Notes under the pieces: model-generated
What the model saw: only the letters and a program-made list of their open reading frames with translations
Databases searched by the model: none
Told to the model about the DNA's origin: nothing
Translations under genes and position numbers: made by a program
Shown here: positions 9,782-20,414 of the stretch, piece after piece
Numbering within the stretch: the first letter of the stretch is position 1
Layout: each line of letters starts with the position of its first letter
Source: Methanobacteriota archaeon
GTDB lineage: Archaea; Thermoplasmatota; E2; DHVEG-1
Assembly: GCA_963769885.1 (NCBI GenBank)
Contig: CAVYNH010000006.1
Location: forward strand, 448,001 to 512,000
Direction of reading: 5' to 3'
Length of the DNA stretch: 64,000 nucleotides

Positions 9782-10811
9782 AGGTCACTTCCGTAGTGGA
9801 GAGCTTGTCGATGGAGTCCGCGCCGACGAGGAACATTGTGGTGCGCAGCTCACGGAGGATGGTTTCGCATTCGAGGACCGTGGCCTTCGCGTCCTTGAGC
9901 GCGGGTTTGAGCATGGCATGGGCGATGCCCGCGGCGCTGGCCCCAAGGGCGAGGGCCCTTGCGGCGTCCAGACCGGTGCGGATGCCGCCGGTGGCGATGA
10001 TCGGCAGCTCCCAGTTTGTGGCCTTGCCGACTTCGAGGATGGAGGTAGGAGTCGGGATTCCCCAGTTCCAGAAGGTGGTGCCTTGCCGGCTGTTGACCAT
10101 GTCTCCTTTTGCTTTGGCGCGGTAGTGTTCGACGGCCGCGAAGGAGGTGCCGCCGGCACCGCCGACGTCAATGGCCGCGATCTTGGTTTTTTTCAGGGAC
10201 CTGGCGACGTCTTCGCTGATGCCCGCTCCGCTTTCTTTGATGAGGATGGGGCGGCTGAATTCTCGGGAGAGCATGTCGATGATGTCGAGGCATCCTTTGG
10301 CGCGGGCTTCGCCCTCGGGCTGGATGGCTTCTTGGAGGAAGTTGAGGCAGACGGCGAGGACGTCCGCGTCGATCATGTTGACGATTTTTTCGGCGTTCGC
10401 GAGGATGTCTTGTTTTGACCAGAGGACCATTTGAGAGGCGCCGATGTTGGCGATTTTGAGGGGGATGTTGTAGTCGGTGATGACGCTGTAGGTGTCGATG
10501 AGTTTGTCGTTTTCGAGGGCGGCGCGTTGGGATCCGACGCCGAGGGCGAGCTGGTGTTCGGCGGCGGCCGCGGCGAGGTGTTCGTTGATCTTTTTTCCTT
10601 CGGGGTAGCCGCCGGTCATTCCCGAGAGGACGATGGGGGCGCCGAGGTGTTTGCCCAGGAGCGTGGTGGTGAGGTCGATGTCTGGTTCGTTGATTTCGGG
10701 GAGCGCGTTGTGTTTGAGGTTGACGTCGTCCCAGTAGTTGTGGGTCATGGCGACGTTTTCTTTGGCGGAGATTTGGATGTGGTCGCGTTTTCGTTCTTCC
10801 GTCTGGTTCAT
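9768..10811 (-). CDS. fni: Type 2 isopentenyl-diphosphate delta-isomerase
   Basis: RKRDHI, MTGG, GVGSQRA, NIGA, QEAIQPEG, GAGGTSFA. Confidence 0.96.
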   Translation of the reverse strand: MNQTEERKRDHIQISAKENVAMTHNYWDDVNLKHNALPEINEPDIDLTTTLLGKHLGAPIVLSGMTGGYPEGKKINEHLAAAAAEHQLALGVGSQRAALENDKLIDTYSVITDYNIPLKIANIGASQMVLWSKQDILANAEKIVNMIDADVLAVCLNFLQEAIQPEGEARAKGCLDIIDMLSREFSRPILIKESGAGISEDVARSLKKTKIAAIDVGGAGGTSFAAVEHYRAKAKGDMVNSRQGTTFWNWGIPTPTSILEVGKATNWELPIIATGGIRTGLDAARALALGASAAGIAHAMLKPALKDAKATVLECETILRELRTTMFLVGADSIDKLSTTEVTYDID

Positions 10812-11590
10812 TGTCGTGCTCCTTGGATGATGGTCTGCCTGGTTGATGTACCGTTGAGTGTATCGGCTAGCCGGTTTTTTACGTTGCCATTGACGAGTGT
10901 GACGTCGATGCCGAGGCGGGCGATGGCGGCGATGGTTTCGAGTTTGCCTTGCATGCCTCTGGTGACGTCGGCGCGGGTGTCGAGGCTGGTGGTGAGTCGG
11001 GAGAGGTCATTTACGGTTGTGGTTTCGATGAAGGTGGCGTCGGGGTGGGTTTTAGGATTGGCGGTGTAAAGGCCGTCTTCGTCGATGACGAAGATTGCTT
11101 TTTTGGGGTGGAAGTGGTCGGCGAGGGTCTGCATGAGGAGGTCGCCGCTGCAGATGCTGCCGGTGAGGCTTGTGTCGAGGGCGACGTCGCCGAAGGTGAC
11201 GGGGGTGAAGCCGGCCTTTTGGTATTTCGTGAAGAGGTCGTAATGGATTGTCTTGAGGGTGTGGTTGTCGAGTTCGAGGATGGCGTGGGGTGGGAGGGAG
11301 ACGGCGGGGATGCCGTGTTTTTGGAGGGCGTCGAGGATGTGGGTGTTGAGGTGGGTGACGCTGACGTGGGTTTGGGCGAAGCCGAGGATCTGGCTGGGGC
11401 GGGTGAGTCCGTGGTCGAGGTTGTGTGTTTTGGCGAGGATGTGGCCGAAGGAGCCGGCGCCGTGGACGATGATGAGGTCGTGTTTTGTTGTGGCGAGTTC
11501 GGCGGCGAGGCGGTCCATGGTGTCTGCTCGGTAGGTGTTGGGTGTGGCTTTGTCGGTGATGACGCTGCCGCCGAGTTTGACCAAGATCAT
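10808..11590 (-). CDS. ipk: Isopentenyl phosphate kinase
   Basis: KLGGSVITDK, VHGAGSFGH, FGDV, SGD, DVTRGMQGK. Confidence 0.93.
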   Translation of the reverse strand: MILVKLGGSVITDKATPNTYRADTMDRLAAELATTKHDLIIVHGAGSFGHILAKTHNLDHGLTRPSQILGFAQTHVSVTHLNTHILDALQKHGIPAVSLPPHAILELDNHTLKTIHYDLFTKYQKAGFTPVTFGDVALDTSLTGSICSGDLLMQTLADHFHPKKAIFVIDEDGLYTANPKTHPDATFIETTTVNDLSRLTTSLDTRADVTRGMQGKLETIAAIARLGIDVTLVNGNVKNRLADTLNGTSTRQTIIQGARQ

Positions 11591-11651
11591 ATGGGTATGA
11601 GGATGGGGAATGCTATAAAAAAGTGTTGTGCCTGGATGTTTCCGCTCTTTT

Positions 11652-11927
11652 TCAGTCGTGTTTTTGACTTGAGAAGAGCTCTTTTCCTTTGTTTTGTTCG
11701 TGGATTAGCCACAGCGAGATGGGCATGCCGCTTTGGGGGCTGCGCATGATGGATTGGGACCAGGCCTGGAGTTCGTCTTCGGTGGTGTGTTTTTGGCAGT
11801 CTTCGCAGATGAAGAATTTGTCGCTGAAGACGAGTCCGTGTTGGTTTTCGTGGAGAAAAAACTTGGTGTGGCATAGTTCACAGGTTTTTTCTGCGATGGT
11901 CTCTTCCTCCATCACCGTGATTGTCAT
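11652..11927 (-). CDS. Small hypothetical protein with CxxC...CxxC zinc-binding motif
   Basis: CELC and CEDC motifs, host-like codon use. Start uncertain. Confidence 0.65.
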   Translation of the reverse strand: MTITVMEEETIAEKTCELCHTKFFLHENQHGLVFSDKFFICEDCQKHTTEDELQAWSQSIMRSPQSGMPISLWLIHEQNKGKELFSSQKHD

Positions 11928-12193
11928 TGGTTGGAATCCCACTCGCTGCTCTTAAATGTTTTCTCTGACGCGCGTGTGAAGAATGAGCTAGGAAAAAGAG
12001 GGAGGTAAGGAGGGATGGGATGCGTTTTTTTGAGGAGAGGATGTTTGGGGCGTGGCTGGGTTGTTTTACCTCCTTTACCTAGTCCAGCTACACATCTAGG
12101 AACCAGCTGCGGGTTTATGAAGGTGAGTGGGGGGTCGGCGAAACTATTCAAAGGCTTTGTCTCAAATCTATTTTTTTCCATGCGTATCGCCTG

Positions 12194-12532
12194 TCAAAAA
12201 TTGAAAATCCGTTCGTAATCCTTATGCGGAAACCATTCAAGGATGATGTTGAGAATCATAACGTGATCCTCGTAAATTGTATAGATCATCCTCCAAGCGT
12301 GGGGGAGGTTGTATTTCCAAAGGTTCGTGAGCTGGTAGCGTTTTGTATAACTCCGAGGCCAAAGCCGTCGAGGAATCTTCTTGCCGCTCATCGGGTTTAC
12401 TTTCAAGTCTCCGATGGCGCGTTCGAGAGAAGCATAGAGATGTCGTTCTTCGTAAGTTCCATTCTTTAGTTGATTGAATTTCTTCTCAAGAAGAAGTGAT
12501 GCGAAGGCGACGTGGATTGGTTTTGTGTTCAT
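12194..12532 (-). CDS. RelE/ParE-like putative toxin
   Basis: Basic 112-aa protein with LKVNPMSG, LWKYNLPHAWRMIYTI and HKDYER. Overlaps the upstream partner (ATGA). Confidence 0.6.
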   Translation of the reverse strand: MNTKPIHVAFASLLLEKKFNQLKNGTYEERHLYASLERAIGDLKVNPMSGKKIPRRLWPRSYTKRYQLTNLWKYNLPHAWRMIYTIYEDHVMILNIILEWFPHKDYERIFNF

Positions 12533-12786
12533 CGGAGTTTAACCCCGGATGATAATATTTTCTTAATCATCTCAGGATTCCACGTCCACACGAGGCGATT
12601 GTCTGTATCGACCATGATCTTCCCGGACTCGATGAGGTAATCAATGATCACGCAGAAGGTCTGGTACATGACTTTTTTCGGGAGTGCCTTCCACAGCTGA
12701 GTCTTCGTCTGGTAGTCCATTTTCTTCATGGTCTGTTCAACCATAAGAATGGTACTGAGGGTCGGGGAGTGTAATGGGTTGTTCAT
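12529..12786 (-). CDS. Small winged-helix-like protein, putative antitoxin/regulator
   Basis: HSPTLSTILMVE..KTQLWKALPKKVMYQTF..IDYLIESGKI. TATA-like element about 20 nt upstream of the ATG at 12786. Confidence 0.6.
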   Translation of the reverse strand: MNNPLHSPTLSTILMVEQTMKKMDYQTKTQLWKALPKKVMYQTFCVIIDYLIESGKIMVDTDNRLVWTWNPEMIKKILSSGVKLR

Positions 12787-13012
12787 CGACTCATGCCTAT
12801 TATATAAGTTTATACAATCCTGATATTTATAGATTGCGTTTTCAATAGCTGACTGCTCTTGATTTGGATCCATTGGTACCTCCCGTTCAATATTCAGACA
12901 AGATGCTGTATGAATTCCAGTATTGATAAAGTTCAAGGTGGGCAGTGAAACTATTCAAGGACCCTAAAAAAATGAGAAAATAAAAGGAAAAAGATGGGGA
13001 GGAGAACCGTGT

Positions 13013-14110
13013 CTATTGGTTCTGCTCTTGGAAGGTGGTGAGGAAGGCGCAGAGCGCCTTGGTGGAGTCCAGGCTGACCGCGTTGTAGATCGAGGCGCGC
13101 ATACCGCCGACGTCGCGGTGTCCCTTGAGGCCGATGAGGCCGTTCTTCTTCGCCTCATCGACACACTTGGCTTCGAGCTCTGGGGTGGCGAGGTTGAAGG
13201 TGACGTTCATCAAGGAGCGGCTGTCTTTTTCGGCGACGCCGCGGTAGAACCCGTTGGAGCGGTCGATGACGTCGTAGACGAGCCTGGCCTTCTCGCGGTT
13301 CACTTTCTCGATGGCGGGGATGCCGCCCATGCTCTTGAGGTGGTCGAGGACGAGTTCGCAGAGGTAGATGGCGAAGCACGGCGGGGTGTTGTAGAGCGAA
13401 TCCTTTTCGGCGTGGGTCTTCCATTTCAGCATGGTTGGCGTGTTCTCCGGGACGCGGGTGAGGAGGTCTTCGCGGACGATGACGATGGTGACGCCGGCGG
13501 GGCCGAGGTTCTTCTGTGCTCCGGCGTAGAGGACGCCGAATTTCTTGACATCGATGACCTTGTCCATGAAGTCGGAGGAGTTGTCACAGGCCAAGGGAAC
13601 ATTTGAGGGGACGGTGGGCCAGGTGTGCCATTCGATGCCGCCGATGGTCTCGTTCGCGGTGATGTGGGCGAAGGAGGCGTTGTCGCTGAAGACGACGTTC
13701 TTGGGGATGTAGGTGAATTTCTTGTCCTCGGAGCTGGCGACGATCTTGACTTCGCCGTAGAGCTTGGCTTCCTTGATGGCTTTCTTGGCCCAGGCGCCGG
13801 TGTTGACGTACTCCATGGGCTTGCCCGGTTGTTGGAGGTTGAGGGGGACGTCGAAGAACTGGGTGGAGGCGCCGCCTTGGAGCCAGAGGATCTTGTAGTC
13901 GGTGGGGATGCCCATGAGGCCGCGGAGGAGTTCGGTGGCGTTCTTGTGGGTGGCGTCGTACTCCTTGGAGCGGTGGCTGACTTCGAGGACGGACATGCCG
14001 GTGCCTTTGTAGTTGAGGAGTTCTTTTTGGGCTTTTTCGAGGACCGGGAGCGGGAGGGCTGCGGGGCCGGGGTTGAAGTTGTGGACTCTCTTGGTGATGA
14101 GTTCTGGCAT
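13013..14110 (-). CDS. serC: Phosphoserine aminotransferase (bacterial-type)
   Basis: NFNPGPA, EVSHRS, QGGAS, NETIGG, YAGAQKNLGPAG, NTPP, GHRDVGGMRASIYNA. Confidence 0.96.
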   Translation of the reverse strand: MPELITKRVHNFNPGPAALPLPVLEKAQKELLNYKGTGMSVLEVSHRSKEYDATHKNATELLRGLMGIPTDYKILWLQGGASTQFFDVPLNLQQPGKPMEYVNTGAWAKKAIKEAKLYGEVKIVASSEDKKFTYIPKNVVFSDNASFAHITANETIGGIEWHTWPTVPSNVPLACDNSSDFMDKVIDVKKFGVLYAGAQKNLGPAGVTIVIVREDLLTRVPENTPTMLKWKTHAEKDSLYNTPPCFAIYLCELVLDHLKSMGGIPAIEKVNREKARLVYDVIDRSNGFYRGVAEKDSRSLMNVTFNLATPELEAKCVDEAKKNGLIGLKGHRDVGGMRASIYNAVSLDSTKALCAFLTTFQEQNQ

Positions 14111-14192
14111 AGGTATCGGGAACCAGGTATGGCTCGGAGAGATTTAAAGGATTCGGAGGGGGTGGTTTATAGGAGAAAAGCTGTAGTTTTTC

Positions 14193-15996
14193 TTAAAAGT
14201 ATTTGACAACCCAGATGTGAGTCTCGGGTACTGTTACCGGAGGCATCGTAGGCGACTGCACTGACTTTGTGCTCTCCAAAGGAGAGAGCCCTCCAGGTCC
14301 ATTGGTAGGGCGCCTGGGTGTCGGTGGCTTTGATAGAGTCATCAAGGAGGAAGTCGACGTGGACGATGCCGAAGGGCGTCTGACTTGCGTTCGCCTCTAT
14401 CGTAAGTGGTCCAATGGCGAAGGGCTCTTTGGTTCGGAACATCTGATGATTGAGAATGTAGAGGAAACAATGCGGTCTGGTGATTTGAACCGCAGGGTGT
14501 TCGTACACAATGCTGACCACAGCGGTATCGGAGCTGTGGTTGCCATCATTATCAGTGACAGTTACGATCGCAGTGTAGCTGCCGACGGTCGCATAGGTGT
14601 GACTTGGATTCGGTTGATCTGAGGAGTTTCCATCGCCGAAGTCCCAGTGATAGGTGTATGGTGGTGTGCCGCCGAAGGCATCGCTTCTGAATTGGACCGC
14701 TTTTTGGTAGAAACCGTTGTATGGGCCGTAGGCATCAATAATGAGCGGCCCGCGGCCGAAGGCATAGAGATAACAGTATCCATCACTATTTTTACAACCG
14801 ATATAGACAGTGCCATCTTCACCAATAGCAGGCGACGAGTCTACCCAGCCAGAGGAAACCAAAATTTGCTCCCAGCGTTTGGTCCCGCTAGGGTTGATAG
14901 CAATGATTTTTCCTCCTTCAGCGTCTCCAATATGGGCACCGATGTAGACGATACCTTCGGCTGAGATTGCGGGTGAGGACCATTCAATAAAGCTACTGGA
15001 ATCAAGCACATAGGTCCAGCGCATCGTTCCATTCGGATTGATGGTGTAAATATCTTTGCCACCAATGTAAATGATCCCATCAGGTCCAATCGAGGGATTG
15101 ACTTTAGAACCAGATCCAATACGACAACGCCAGACCAACGAACCATTCGAGGGATTAAGGGCATATAAGTAGCCGTCCCAAGAGGCGATGTACACGGTGC
15201 CATCCGCGGCAATAGAGGCGGATCCCATGACGCGATCGCCAGTCTTGTATCGCCAGCGGAGTGCTCCATTCGGATTCACCGCATAAATATAGGTATCCGC
15301 GGAACCAAAGAAAATCCCTCCATCCAAGCCAATGACCGGTGCAGAGGTAACATACCATCCTGTATGATACCGCCACAATTCTGCCCCATTGGGAGTAAAT
15401 GCTATCAGACTGTTTTCAGGATCGTTAGTTGTAATATAGATTGTTCCATCATCAGCGATGACGGGAGAGCCATAACTGATAATGGAGCGGCAATTATAGG
15501 CCCATTTCACGGTCCCATCAGGATTAAAGGCATACATGTATTTGTTCCAGCATCCAACATAAATTGTTCCGTCAGCAGCAATGGCTGGCGTGGTTTCAAC
15601 AAATCCACCCGTATTTTCACCCATATAACGGCGCCATTTCATGGTTCCATTCAAGTAGGCAGCATTCATATAGAAATCGTTGCTCCCGAAATACAAAACG
15701 CCGTCCTTATCAATGGCAATCCCACCATCAATGGAAAAGGGGCCTACAAGTAACCGCCATTTTATTATCCCTGGAGAATCAGCGGTCGAGTACGGGCTCA
15801 GACCTGTATGTCGGGTATCATGGCAAGCCATCGGCCATGAAGAATTCTGCAGACCTCCAAATGAGACGCCAAGAATATTCTGAGAGTGCTCCTTGGTTGA
15901 CTGCGTCGCGACCGAGGGCGGGAAAAAACATTGAGCAATCATCAACCCCGCAAGAACAAGAAGACCAAACGCTCTGACCGGGCTCATCGGCGTCAC
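14193..15996 (-). CDS. Secreted PQQ-like beta-propeller + PKD + C-terminal Ig-like protein (apparent frameshift near the 3' end)
   Basis: Signal peptide; repeats of SPAIxxDGTIYxG..YAxNPxGxxxW; PKD motif WDFGDG. Removing one G before GTAC at 14228 gives the ending GNSTETHIWVVKYF*. Confidence 0.85.
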
Positions 15997-16100
15997 CGCA
16001 ATCCCCCAGTTTCTCTTGTATTAATATACACTTAATCCATTAAAATCTTTCCAAGAGCCTTAAAAAGACCTCAACCGAACTAAAAGGGGACAACGCCTGG

Positions 16101-17494
16101 TTATTCGATGAGCTTGAATCCTTCTTCCAGCGTCACCTTGGAGATGACCAGCGGCGCCGGCTTCCCCTTCTCAGACGGGATCTCCGCCACCTCATGGACC
16201 GTAACGTGTACGCCGGGCCCGACCTTCGCCTCGTACGCCTCCCGCACCTTCTGAAGAATCACCTCGACCGATGGCCCCACGTTGCGCAGCTCCTCGTCAA
16301 TGACCAGCCGCACGTCAACCTCATCGACCTTCTCCTGCACGATTTGGTACTGCTTCACCTTGAAGGTCTTCAGATCACGCAACGCATAGTTGAGAATCGC
16401 GAATGACGCGGCCGGGAACACCCGGCCGTCCGGCAGCACCACGTACGTGCTCGCCCGCCCCGCCACCCCATGCTTCAGTGTCGGCGTCCGTAGCCCACAC
16501 GCACACGACGTCTCACCCTGCACCGCGACCCAATCATCGATCCCGGTGTACCGGATGAACGGCGTCCCACTCCCAAACAACCTTGTCATCACCAGATGAC
16601 CGGTCACCCCCTCCGGCACAAGCCGCTGATGCTCATCCATGACCTCCACCTGGAACAAGTCATGGTTCACATGCCACGTGCCTTCCAAGCATTCGAACGC
16701 GATATCCGCGCCCGACTCCGCCGCGCCATACACGTTCACCATCCGGCAGCCGAACGCATCCTCCACGTACCGCCGCGTGTACTCATCCAACACATACCCG
16801 CCGCACATCAGGACCTTCGGGCGGACGTGCTCCCCAAAGCCCCGCTTCTTCAGATGCGCGAGATGCTGGAACGTTACCGGGTACAAGATGAGGGCATCCG
16901 GACGGAACACATCCAGCTTCCCCAAAAGCTCCTTCATCGGCTCAAACGTGTTCGCCATCAACATATTCTTCTGCGTGTTCACAATCCTGATCCGCTCCGA
17001 GAACCCCCGCTGGAAGACCTCATCCGCCTTCCCCGGCGTGAAGTTCCCGATATGCGCGCTACGCGCCCTCCGCCAGTCCAACCCATATACTCTGAGCTCC
17101 CGCAGGAACGACCCTGCGGCCATCGACAGCGTCGCGAAATCCGTGTAGAACTGCACAGGCTTGCCCGTCGACCCGCTCGTGTTCAGCGGCACCGCCCGCC
17201 GACGCGCCCCCTGCGGCAGCGTCCCCTCCGGTACCCACCCATGATCTCCTGCTTGGACACTAACGGCAGCAGCGGCAGGTCAGCCGTCCCACGAATCCGA
17301 CCCAGGTCAATCCCCTGGTACTTCCGCTGGTACAACGGCGTCGTGCCCGCGGCCCGTACGACCCCGCGCAGCCCCCGGTCCCGAAACGACGCAAGATCCG
17401 CGGTCGACCGGCCCTCCAGCCGACCCGGCGCCCACAACGTATTCCGTAGAAACGCCTGAAGCACCCAGGGATTCACCAGCGGACTCAACGCCAT
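16101..17494 (-). CDS. PaaK/CapK-like adenylate-forming (CoA ligase family) protein, split by a 1-nt frameshift
   Basis: TSGSTGKP, YGAAE, PFIRY. Two ORFs join if one base is restored at about 17230. Confidence 0.8.
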
Positions 17495-17552
17495 TCCCCT
17501 TCCGTTGAGCAATCATTAAATAGCTTCTTAACCGTATCGGTTCCCACACACT

Positions 17553-18503
17553 ATGACCCGGGATGCCGACGCCGCGTACCTCCACCTTCTCGACTATACC
17601 ACCATCCAGCCCGTCTTCATCCTTGGCCTCCACCGCAGCGGCACCACCATCCTCTACCAGACCCTCCAAGACACCGGCCTCTTCAACACCGTCACCACCT
17701 ACCACATCCTCAACTACGACTCCCTCCTCGCCACCCACGCCCAAGGACACGATACCCAAGAGCAACACGCCCTCGCAGAGATATTCAACACCCTCGGCAT
17801 CGCCACACGGCGCACCGACACCATCCCCATCACCCCCACCACCACCCAAGAATACGCCTACCTCTACACCCAACACGGCCACCCCCCACACACCACCACC
17901 GCCAACCACCACCTCCTCGACACCCTCTGCAAAAAGATCCAATACATCCAAGGCAACACCAAACCCATCCTGCTCAAGAACCCCAGCGACTTCCCCCACT
18001 TCCTCCAACTCAAAACCCTCTTCCCCGCCGCCCGCTTCATCTTCATCCACCGCGACCCCCTCAACGTCATGGACTCCACGCTGCGCGCCTGGCGCACCCT
18101 CTACCACACCCGCAACCCCTACACCGCCCTCTTCAGCCCCCACTACCGCCGCGCCTACGACAACCCCCTCCTGCGCACCCTCACCCGCCTCTACTACGCA
18201 CCCCCTCTTCCCCCCGGCCTCATCACCACCACCCACACCGCCAACCGCACCCTCACCCACTACCTCACCCACATCCACCAACTCCCCGCCTCGGACTTCA
18301 CCGCGATCCGCTACGAAGACCTCTGCTCCGACACCACCCCCACCATTACCCAGATCCTCCACACCCTCAACCTCCCCACCCCACCCAGCCTCCCCTCAAG
18401 ACTCACCCCCCGAGACCTCCCCCTCCTACCAGAAACCGCCCGCCTTCAACACTACATCACCACTACCACGGCCGCCTACCGGACCGCGCTCTCTTATACC
18501 TAA
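17553..18503 (+). CDS. Sulfotransferase family protein
   Basis: PVFILGLHRSGTT 5'-PSB loop, LLKNP, FIFIHRDPL, IRYEDL. Confidence 0.85.
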   Translation: MTRDADAAYLHLLDYTTIQPVFILGLHRSGTTILYQTLQDTGLFNTVTTYHILNYDSLLATHAQGHDTQEQHALAEIFNTLGIATRRTDTIPITPTTTQEYAYLYTQHGHPPHTTTANHHLLDTLCKKIQYIQGNTKPILLKNPSDFPHFLQLKTLFPAARFIFIHRDPLNVMDSTLRAWRTLYHTRNPYTALFSPHYRRAYDNPLLRTLTRLYYAPPLPPGLITTTHTANRTLTHYLTHIHQLPASDFTAIRYEDLCSDTTPTITQILHTLNLPTPPSLPSRLTPRDLPLLPETARLQHYITTTTAAYRTALSYT

Positions 18504-18545
18504 GAACGAAACCCAGATAAATCAGGCCATCCTAATACAATCCGC

Positions 18546-19613
18546 ATGACCCACCACCCCTGGGCATACAGCCTCACCCTCCTTCTCCTTCTCCCCGCAG
18601 CCGCCGCCCTACCCCCAGCGACAACCACACACAACGGGGACTTCTACTACACCTACGACACCCTCACCAGCCTCCTCCAGCAACTCCCCACCCAATACCC
18701 TACTCTTGTGAACGTCTCCAGCATCGGCACCACCAGAGACCACCACCAGCTCTGGGTCATCACGGTCACCGACAACGTCACCATCGACGAACACGAACCC
18801 CAGATCCTCTACCTCGGCGGCCTCCACGGCAACGAAAAAGCAGGCTACCAAGTCGTCATCACCACCCTCCTCTCCATCCTCCAAAACTACACCACCTCAC
18901 ACGTCAACGACACCTTCACCGCCCGCATCCGCCACATCGTCAACACCACCGTCCTCTACTTCATCCCCATGGCCAACCCCGACGGCATCACCGCCGACAC
19001 CCGCAAGAACACCAGACCCACCGACACCCCCTTCACCGGCGTCGACATCAACCGCAACTTCCCCTCCCACTGGGACCTCTACGACCTCCACCCCTTCCGC
19101 TACACCTTCGGCTTCTTCCCCAAACGACTCGTCCGCACCACCGTCAAATACCCAGGCCTCGACACCCGCACCATCATCCACGAAGGAACCTACCGCGGCC
19201 CCGCCCCCCTCAGCGAAAACGAAACCCGCGCCCTCGACACCTTCGCCGCCGACCACCACCTCCGCATCAGCGTCGACTACCACACCTTCAGCCAAACCAT
19301 CATCTACCCCTGGTTCTGGACCAAGACCCCTGCCAACGACTCCGCCACCTTCCAGGCCATCGCCGCCAACATCTCAGCCATCGACCACTACCGCATCATC
19401 CAGGGCGCAGACTGGTACTACGTCATCGGCAACATCGAAGACTGGTACTACCAGCAGTACCATATCCTCCCCTTCTGCATCGAAGTAGGACTCATCGATC
19501 TGCCTTCCTACATCAACAACGAAAAAATAATCAATGACATCTGCCACACCCACCTCCTCGTCAACCTCTACCTCGCTGAACAAGCCCAGAGCGTTGGGGA
19601 AACCCAAGGCTAA
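18546..19613 (+). CDS. Secreted M14 zinc carboxypeptidase
   Basis: Signal peptide; HGNE, NPDG, RKN, GVDINRNF, DYHTF; catalytic Glu in FCIEV. Confidence 0.9.
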   Translation: MTHHPWAYSLTLLLLLPAAAALPPATTTHNGDFYYTYDTLTSLLQQLPTQYPTLVNVSSIGTTRDHHQLWVITVTDNVTIDEHEPQILYLGGLHGNEKAGYQVVITTLLSILQNYTTSHVNDTFTARIRHIVNTTVLYFIPMANPDGITADTRKNTRPTDTPFTGVDINRNFPSHWDLYDLHPFRYTFGFFPKRLVRTTVKYPGLDTRTIIHEGTYRGPAPLSENETRALDTFAADHHLRISVDYHTFSQTIIYPWFWTKTPANDSATFQAIAANISAIDHYRIIQGADWYYVIGNIEDWYYQQYHILPFCIEVGLIDLPSYINNEKIINDICHTHLLVNLYLAEQAQSVGETQG

Positions 19614-20414
19614 TCGCTCACCTGTTTTTCCAAGACCTTCCGCGCGAACGTCAAGTACCCCGTATGGCCCAGCATGTCGAAACTCGGCCGCGTCCCTCGA
19701 TCCGAGACGACCATCTCCCGCTGGATATTCTCAAGCGTCCGACATTCAATGAACAGAAGCCCCCGGATCTCCTTCACCGTCTGCTCGACTTGGGAGATTA
19801 GCGGAGAGTAGGAACATAGGTACCCCCCAACCTTCAATGCCGCCCAGGCATGCGCGACCGCCGCCCACGGCGTCGGGATATCCAGGATGACGGCATCGAG
19901 GTCCCGCTCCTCAATCCCCGCGGTCACATCCTGCAGGCGCATGGCCACCAGCGACGCCAGGTCCGCCATCTCCAGGTTCGTCTTGGCGTGCTCAAGGAAA
20001 TCCTCACGGATATCATACGAGACGACCCGGCCGCTCGGCGCGACCGCCGTGGCCAGAGCCATCGTCAACGAGCCTGAGCCGATGCCCGCCTCCAGCACCG
20101 TCTGCCCAGCCTCAATCCCACAGGTACATAATAATCTGCGCCGCGTCCCGCGGGAGGATCACCTGCGCCCGGCGACGCAGCCCATGCATCTTATCCAAGA
20201 CCGAGGGGACGAGGACCCAGAAGAGCTTGGAGCCGATCCGGATCTGGCTGCCGTACACCGCGCCGACGAGCGAAGCGGGGTTCAAGACGCCGACGCCACG
20301 GATCCGGTCGGTCTTCCCGTTTGTATCAACCAGGATCTTCCGAAAACCCCCGTCCACGAGGACGACCCGGTCCCCGGCGGCCACGGTCCGGCTCACGCCT
20401 TCCACCTCGACCAA
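19610..20414 (-). CDS. trmI: tRNA (adenine-N1)-methyltransferase TrmI/Trm61, split by a 1-nt frameshift
   Basis: RRAQVILPRD, VLEAGIGSGSLT, LDIPTPW, TRP..GHTGYL. Frame restored by deleting one base at about 20123. Confidence 0.9.
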
